From Klebsormidium nitens (lineage: Eukaryota > Plantae > Klebsormidiophyceae), in assembly GCA_000708835.1 (NCBI GenBank), contig DF237165.1, positions 73,573 through 137,572 of the forward strand: a stretch of 64,000 nt of DNA. Reading direction: 5' to 3'. This document shows, piece by piece, positions 48,710 to 64,000 of this stretch. Numbering within the stretch: position 1 is the stretch's first letter; every line of letters begins with the position of its first letter. The position numbers and the translations under genes were made by a program. Under the pieces are notes generated by a model, which saw nothing but the letters and a program-made list of their open reading frames with translations, had not been told where the DNA came from and searched no databases.

Positions 48710-51700
48710 TCAACGCCCGTCTTCGAAGCGCCGGCCCGGCTCCAGGCGGTCGTGCGTCGCTGCCTCGCGGCGCGTCATCCCGCGGTTGCGTCTCGCCATT
48801 CCCAGGCGCATCATCGGCAGCCGCGCCGCAACCTCTCTCCAAATCATTGCCGGTGCTGAATCGTTCCTTGTCGAAGCGTCGGCGTATTCGAAACTGCCCC
48901 GTACCTGCAGCGCTCACAGCAATCCCAATTAAGATCTTACAACAAATAAATAAATCGACTTTCGACGTGCTCTCATCCTCAAGATCCGCTGTGCTGGCTT
49001 AAAGTAGGTTCAGAGATTGAGACAACTTGCAGCGTTGTGCAAGGAGATAATTACCTCGTGTCAGGTTATTCAGCTCTAAGCACGTCAGTACCGAGCGCGA
49101 TTTCGGACGTCGCAGATTTTCGAGGGGCCGCTCATCGACCTCTGCAGCTTGCTGACGTAGGAAGAGAGTCCAGAATGCCACTCTTGCTCAGTTGGAAGTT
49201 GAAATCAAGCTTTGCATGAAAACCGTAAATGCAGATGTTCTCGCTTGTACCCCGAGGCTTAAGCAACGTGAACTGGCCGTGCGCGCACATAGGGCGGCCG
49301 CGACTAGGCGGCGCGGCCGCGTGCCGACTAGATCAAGCAAGCTTCCTGAAGCAAGAGAAGGGGTGGGGCAGTGCTGGTCGGCTTTTGCGAGGAGTCAAGG
49401 TGATTGCTGGTTTCGACAGTCGCTGATGACTCCTCAAAAGAGTAGCGCTTTTCAGTTCCAATCAGTTTGCCAATACAAAGCAGATCAACGACTTTGCTGG
49501 CCGTCTTAGTACTGGCATTTACGCGCAAGAACACGGCCAAAGATACCGCCGAGCTCCTGTGCAGAAAGCGTCAGCGCTCAGTCAATGGGCGAGCTTGCGA
49601 GTCTGCTCTTTCGTTCGACAACCTGCGCTTCGTTCTACCCAAATCCCCAACAAATCGAAGCCGACTTTCTCCAGCGGCAAGTCCACCTCCGTGCTCGTCA
49701 GGTTCCTGCCATCCGTCCGCTCTGCGCTGTCATCAAAAGTCCTCCTGTTCTCGCAGAGTCGTGCGGCGCACCTGAGCGAGCGCCTTCTTCTTGCGCAGTA
49801 GGTCCTCGTTGGAGACGGCCCTCAGGAGAGCCGTCAGATGGCCCGGCTGGACGGCATCCGCTTCACGCACGAAGATGAGCGCATCGCTGCACCCAGCGAT
49901 TACACGACACTCACGTCAGGAGCCAAGGAGAGTAAAGCAGATTAGATGAGCGTTCTCGAACGTCTCTGTACATGTTTTATTAACCTGTGTGATAACTTTG
50001 CAGCCAGCTGTCTTTTGCAGTGCAAATGGAATAAGCAGGCGTGACGTTTGTTCTCTGCCCCTTGACACGGGACCCGTCACTACTGCGACTATCCTCTGTT
50101 TCCAGGAACCGTGCTGCTTCCACCCATCGAAGATATGCGGAGCTTCGGGACTTACATCTGCACCTCTGGCGTTTCTCCAGAGCTAAGAAGATGCTTCAAA
50201 CAGTAGTTACGGAGCCCTGTACAATGCTTTTTACAGAGCTTCACATGTATAGTCCTGACCTGAGGTCCAGCTGGTCTTCGAAGGGCACCTCCAGATCGTC
50301 GCTGACGACCACTGGTACGCACAGGTTGACGATCGCATCGAACAGCCGGGCGGAAGACGGCGTGTCCCCAGCAGGACAATGCACACCAGGCAGAAAAGTT
50401 GGATTGGGGCGATGCCCCGTTTAATTGAAGCATCGTGGACGAGTCCCTGCTCTTGAAGGGTGCTTTTATTAGCAATTATTTTGGCTTGGTCTCTTGTACA
50501 CCAAAGCGAAGGCAACTTCAAGCTTTTCCTCTGAACTGGTGTTTCGCTTCGGACACGAAAAGGAAGCTACAACTGTAAAGCACACCCGCAATCCATGCAT
50601 TTACAGGCGTTCATTGAAGCGCATGCTGATTGTAATCTTGGAATGCTTTGTTGAGTCTTGTTCCAAGACCTCCCTCTTTGCAGGCCTTCTGCGCTCAGCT
50701 GGCAAGGGACAACAGCCAATCGTGTTTCATGCTTGATTCCTTGCTTACACCGATGACGCCCAAATCAATTTAACGTCGAGCGTACTTTTATTTTAGGTTT
50801 GAAGGAACTTACGAGGCAAAATTTGGAGCGCCTGATGGCTTGCGTAGTGACGTCAACCGCTGCTGAGTCGAGCGACTTCTCCTTGGTCCCGCTCAGTATT
50901 CGAACGTCCGGTTCGTCTTTCAAAACGTCTTGCAGAGCGTTTCTTACTCGACCCATTCCCTGCAAGCAGGTTTTGGGGGTTTTTCATTGCCTCGACGTGA
51001 GTGCTATGCAGACCTGACGGATGAGAGAAGGGGCGTTCGAATTCTCTGTTCATGAGAGTGGTTCAAGCATGCTTCCCTGAGATAAAAGTAAGGGGTGGGG
51101 CGGTGCTAGTTGGCGTTCAATAGGACTGGAGCCGCCACTAGTTGCTGGGTTCAATAGCCGTTAACGACGACTCGATGGAGTAACGCCTTTCAGTTCCGAT
51201 AAATCAACAAGGCAGGTCGAAGCCTTAAATGCTGGTCTTGACGCGCTGGAACACGGATATTGACACTACCAAGCTCCGTGCAGAAAGCGTAAGAGCTCAG
51301 TCAATTGGGTGAGCTTGGGAGTCTTCACTTTCGTTCGACAACCTGCGCTTCATTCTACCCAAATCCGGTTGTATTCTTCCACAATAAATATATCCACAAT
51401 CGTCTTGAACCGGCAGAAGTCGACAGCAAGGAGACGGGACACGGGCAACGTCGCAACCAATCAGCATCAAAGTTTCCGTAACTCTGCTCACACTTTGGTG
51501 GTAAACTGTACCCTCGGCGCCCTTTCAAAGGTGTTTTTTAAAAGGACATGCGTACTTGAAGTCCAGCTCACCGCTCGCTGCAAATTCCCCGCAAAGAAAA
51601 GCAGCGTGTCCACGTTCTCGAAAAAAGCTTCGCTGGTGGCTGTTTCCACCAGCGCATCTGGCAGCCGTTCCGCCAGGTGTGAATAAGGAACAACCACGTC

Positions 51701-53877
51701 CTTCTCCAGACTCGCCTGCAACCAAGTGATAAGCAAGGCTTGTTCTCCATTTGCTTGGAGTCCAAAGTCAGCTCGTGAAGACAGTACGAACAGTCGGGAA
51801 CGGCTTTCGTCAGACGGAATCGCAGCGTGCTGATGAAGTCGCTGACTGTTTCCACCTGAAATGAACGTTTGAAGTTGGCGTGCAAAAGAGGGGAAGTCGT
51901 CTGACTCTTCTTGAGAATTCGCGCGCATGAATAGGAAGATGGATGGTTGGCGGCTTCCATATAACGCCGTCCTGACTGTTTCTGTACTTGGCATAAGCTC
52001 GACACAAAAGTATTTCGAAGTTGCGCAAACAGACCGATGCCGCATCTCAGGAAGCTGCCCTTTCCCCAATCTTGCGTCAAGCGGTCTCTTGGTTTCCTGA
52101 GTTCCTGCAAAGCAAGCTTTCTCGTACCTCCCACGAAAAGCGGAAGCCGAAGTCGACCACTAGGTTGGTACATTGTGCGGTAAATGAGCTGAGCATGCTC
52201 ATGAGCGCCATCGGATGAACGGCCAGCATCACGTGGTCGATGCCGCCGGACGCCTGCCACGGCTCCTGCTGCTCGAGCCAATCCCGGAGCTCCACCTGGA
52301 GGCACGTGGCAGCCATCAGTGGTCACAATGTCCATGTTTGATCGGTCAAAAGCGGTTGAAGGAGTCAGACAACACCTTTGACATCACAATCAAGGATCGC
52401 CCAAACATTTTGGGAGCGACCCAAAAGTAGAGAAAAACTCATTGGCTCAGTCTTGAAGCATGGCCTTACGAAAGCTGAGGTGGCCTATGACACTCAGAGT
52501 GGTAACTGGTTCACTGTCACCTAGCGGTATTGCAGACTTGCGATGGCTTGAAAGGGTACATTAAAATCTAGCCAAATACTTGGGCGACGATTCTCACCTG
52601 GAACGCATCATCCACTTTGTACAAGCTGCCACAGACGTCTCGAAAGTTCTTGTGCATGAACTGGGTTTCATCGTCGCAGTTGAAGGACTGCGACGCCAGG
52701 AACGGCACTAGAAAGACGTCAGCCTCCTCATGTGAATGCACTCGTACTGAAACGGAGTTGTCTCGGGCGAGAGGGTCCTGGATGATATCCTGGTAGATCC
52801 ACCACTCCGCGGCATGTGGGGTGTCCTGTTGCAGGAAGGTACAAAGTGAGGTGACTCACAAATACTGTTGCAATGAGACAGCCGCTTCACTGCAAAACAC
52901 GGCATAATCAGAGTCCGCTAAGGTTAAACCAAGCTGCAAAGCTGCGAGGTAAGCTACAAGCAACTCGCTTCTGGATTAGCCCATGACGATTGGATAATTC
53001 GACACCCTCAAATGTCTCCCACAGCTGAAAAATCTTAAGTAGCCACTGAGAACAGTTGGGACCGTATTGAGCTTTGTCTTCAAAACTGGCAATGCAGGTG
53101 GGTGCTCTCCCATTGTAATTTCTCGATGGCCGATGATTCTGATCATCAGATGTTGAAAATCAAAAAGTTAACTGGTGGAAACTTTCAATGATTCCAGCAG
53201 ATGATTGCAAACTACTAATAGCTTTTTAACATGATGATCATACTTCCTGGCAGGGGCAGGGTTGATTACACCACCCTAAATACAGCTGCACTGGAAAATC
53301 TCAAGCACACAGCGAAGAGCCACGCCAAAAACACCTAGCTCAGTGCGCGCTGGGCTGACAATGCAGTCAAACACCTCTCTCGAGAAGGGAATGCTGATAT
53401 CTACTGGAAGGATTTACCTACTGTGGCATCCGGATGCGAGTAGAAGTCCTGGTGAAACTTGCTCGGCAAGTCATAGACAAAAACCTTCACCGGCGGGTTG
53501 CTGTAGACCACTTTCTCCACTATCTTCTCCACCTCCTTCTCAACTATCTTTTCAACCTCCTTCTCAACTATCTTTTCAACTATCTTTTCAACCTCCTTTT
53601 CAACTATCTTTTCCACCTCTTTCTCAACCACCTTTTCCACCTCTTTCTCCACTATTCTAATAACAGGCACCTCCACAACTCTCTCTACAACCTTCTCTAC
53701 TGTCTCATTGCATTGTGGCTCGTATTCCCCTGGAAGGGGCGTGATTGAGCTGTTGAGCAGATCTGCGCAACCATGTTTGCTGGAAAAGATGGCAAGCTGC
53801 TTTGGCAGCTCTAGTATGAAAGAAGCTGCAATGACGGTGATGAGGAGCAGGCATAGCCTGATGCCGCCCCGCTGCAT
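48710..53877 (-). CDS. Exostosin-family (GT47, ARAD-like) type II membrane glycosyltransferase, ~523 aa, 8 exons
   Basis: Exons: 53877-53422, 52825-52598, 52295-52128, 51715-51572, 50959-50813, 50378-50260, 49886-49772, 48904-48710. N-terminal TM anchor [15 protein letters not shown]; motifs [80 protein letters not shown]. One acceptor reads AT instead of AG. Confidence 0.9.
49331..49650. repeat. Intronic dispersed repeat, copy A (~320 bp; copy B at 51061-51365)
   Basis: Colinear shared blocks with copy B, e.g. TCAAGCA..GCTTCC, GGGGTGGGGC, TTTCAGTTCC, CAGAAAGCGT, TTTCGTTCGACAACCTGCGCTTC.TTCTACCCAAATCC. Confidence 0.75.
51061..51365. repeat. Intronic dispersed repeat, copy B
   Basis: Same orientation and colinear similarity with 49331-49650. 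Confidence 0.75.
53507..53700 (-). repeat. Coding 12-nt-period repeat encoding (VEKE/VEKI)n in the GT47 stem
   Basis: Translates as [65 protein letters not shown]. Confidence 0.9.
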
Positions 53878-55377
53878 TCTGCCAATTTGATTCAACGCCG
53901 CCAGCTCTGCAGTGCCCTATCCGACGCAGTGGTTCTCTCAGGGCACATGCAGGCAATAAAGCCAGCCTCCTTGTGAACTTCGCTTGGTGTCTTGCTTAGT
54001 GTCGTCACAATCTGCTTGGGATCCATCTAGCACAGAGTTGAAATCTGATCATGTGAGCGGTGGACCAAATGCTCATCTGAGGTGAACAGGCTCAGAAACG
54101 AGTTACAGTTTCCTTGCATATTGTTTCTGCAAACGAAAGAAGCAAGCTTTCTTTTGCGCTTTCAGCCCTGAGCTCCTGAAAGTGGTCGAATTGTAAATAA
54201 CAACATCGGGAGGAAAAGGCACATGTGAGGTCATAATGATACATTGGGCAGCAGGCTTTCGACTGCATGATGTTGACATTCGCCATGGAGAATCCCAAGC
54301 ATGACCACGTGGGAGTCGAGGCTCGTTCCACGCCTTCGATCGTGCGTTGCCAATGATATCGACGGTTTCAACTCAAGCATACTTTTTCGTCCTCGTAGAC
54401 TCATGCCGGCCGAAAGAATCTTGACAGTCTGCAGGATGCCGCCAGCGCTACCATAGCCGTATCTTCTTACCATGACATCAATACCTACATAGAACTTGGC
54501 GCAGATATGACGCATTGTCAAGTTCTACACAGAAAGCCACGGCATCTTATTTGAGGGTAGAATCTCCTTTTCAACAACCTTACGATTGCGCGCCTAGCTG
54601 CGACAGTCCGAAGCTTTGAAGTATAGGAGTCTTGACCCCTGCAAAACCCAGTTTTGCTGAGATTTCCTTCATCAGGTGGATTGAATATCCCATCGAGTCC
54701 GCAGCTTGCCGGGAACTGCCTCCCTTGAGTTCATTCGATATAGAGTGTACTTAGGCAAGAACTTGCTCATAAGTTTGAACTCGCTCCGGGTCTTATGTCC
54801 TTTCATGGGCACTTGCACATGCATTGATACGTGCATTCCTGAGGGTCATGATAGTGGTTACACAAGCGACTGAGTGCTGGACTAAGTGCACATGCAAAAG
54901 GGTTCATTCTTGTTCTGCTTAAAAAGCCATGTTATAAACAACATCCTGTGAATGGATCCCTGTCACTTCAGGAAAATACTGTGTCCTCTGTTACTGGAGG
55001 CCCCGGCGCGGCTAGAATAAGCATTGCTGACTCGCATGTTCTGACCATGATCCACCGAACTCGGAAATTGAATCTGCGTGACTGGCAAAATCGTCATGCG
55101 AAAAGATTCACGTGCTCATGAATGCAGCAACATCAAGCTTGTGGTGCTCAACTTTGCCCCACTTGCACTGCTTGTAAGATGGATCTGCTGCAGCACTAGC
55201 TCTTATGATCCACTTGATGCGATCATGAACAGCTCTCGTCTCGAGACTGCTCAGAAGCTCCGAGAGTCTGACCGGTAAATGTCGGCTTAAAAGGCTCCTA
55301 CCGAACCACTATACGCGGACCTAAAGAAGCATGAATGTATGCAACCCGCCTTGCGGTACTCAGTGCCAGAAGGACGT

Positions 55378-63605
<8,228 letters not shown>

Positions 63606-64000
63606 CTTCTACAGTGTAATCTGCATGGCAGCAGATTGGACAATCACGTCAGTGTTGAACATGCTGCTGTTCCTGACCTGAGATGGAAATGGCTTGGGGG
63701 ACTGTCAAGAGGACACAGATAGTTCAGACCAGTCATATAACGAGCGCTGGGGGCCGGTCAAAAACTTGGTGTTTATCGTCCGCCCCAACTCTTTCGAAGG
63801 GTTGATTCGTTGTTTGCTGTGATTGCGCGGAGTTGGGCCTATTTGACGAGGCTTTGTGCGCACTTGTTTTGCGCCTCATGGCTCGGCTCTCGCACCGCGG
63901 GCTGGCTGCCGCGCTGACTGGGCCACAAGTGGGAATTTGTGTTGAGATTCACCTTGTAGGGGACTAGAATTGTGTAGTTTTACTCGTCATCGGGTCTTAT

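Noticed and set aside
51488-52069. 193-aa - strand ORF
   Set aside because: Only 51715-51572 is GT47-like and bounded by splice sites; the rest is intron read-through.

Overview
Eukaryotic, intron-rich nuclear DNA with GC-rich exons and GT-AG introns. The mix of land-plant-type genes (LRR-RLK, GNOM-type ARF-GEF, GT47) with an animal-type P2C Na+/K+-ATPase points to a streptophyte alga such as Klebsormidium (inference). I assembled gene models by hand from splice sites and reading phase: (1) the possible 3' end of an unidentified + strand gene (1-346); (2) a 17-exon LRR receptor-like kinase (-, 2437-10677); (3) an 18-exon, 3'-truncated but frame-intact paralog of a GNOM/GBF1 ARF-GEF (+, 11792-21062); (4) directly downstream, a long disordered region, a UIM-like motif and a USP53/USP54-type deubiquitinase domain with Cys/His/Asp present (+, 21332-31583); (5) a complete 26-exon GNOM/GBF1-type ARF-GEF (+, 32612-47753); (6) an 8-exon exostosin/GT47 glycosyltransferase (-, 48710-53877); (7) a 16-exon P2C ATPase alpha subunit (-, 55378-63605). 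The main discovery candidate is that (3) splices in phase into (4), predicting a ~2565-aa ARF-GEF-deubiquitinase chimera next to its intact parent gene; the junction needs transcript confirmation. Secondary highlights: the pump has altered cation-site residues and a Cys-rich, sequon-bearing insertion where the beta subunit normally binds, and the GT47 gene has an apparent AT splice acceptor and an articulin/alveolin-like VEK-repeat stem. I found no tRNA, rRNA, CRISPR array or recognisable intact transposon.
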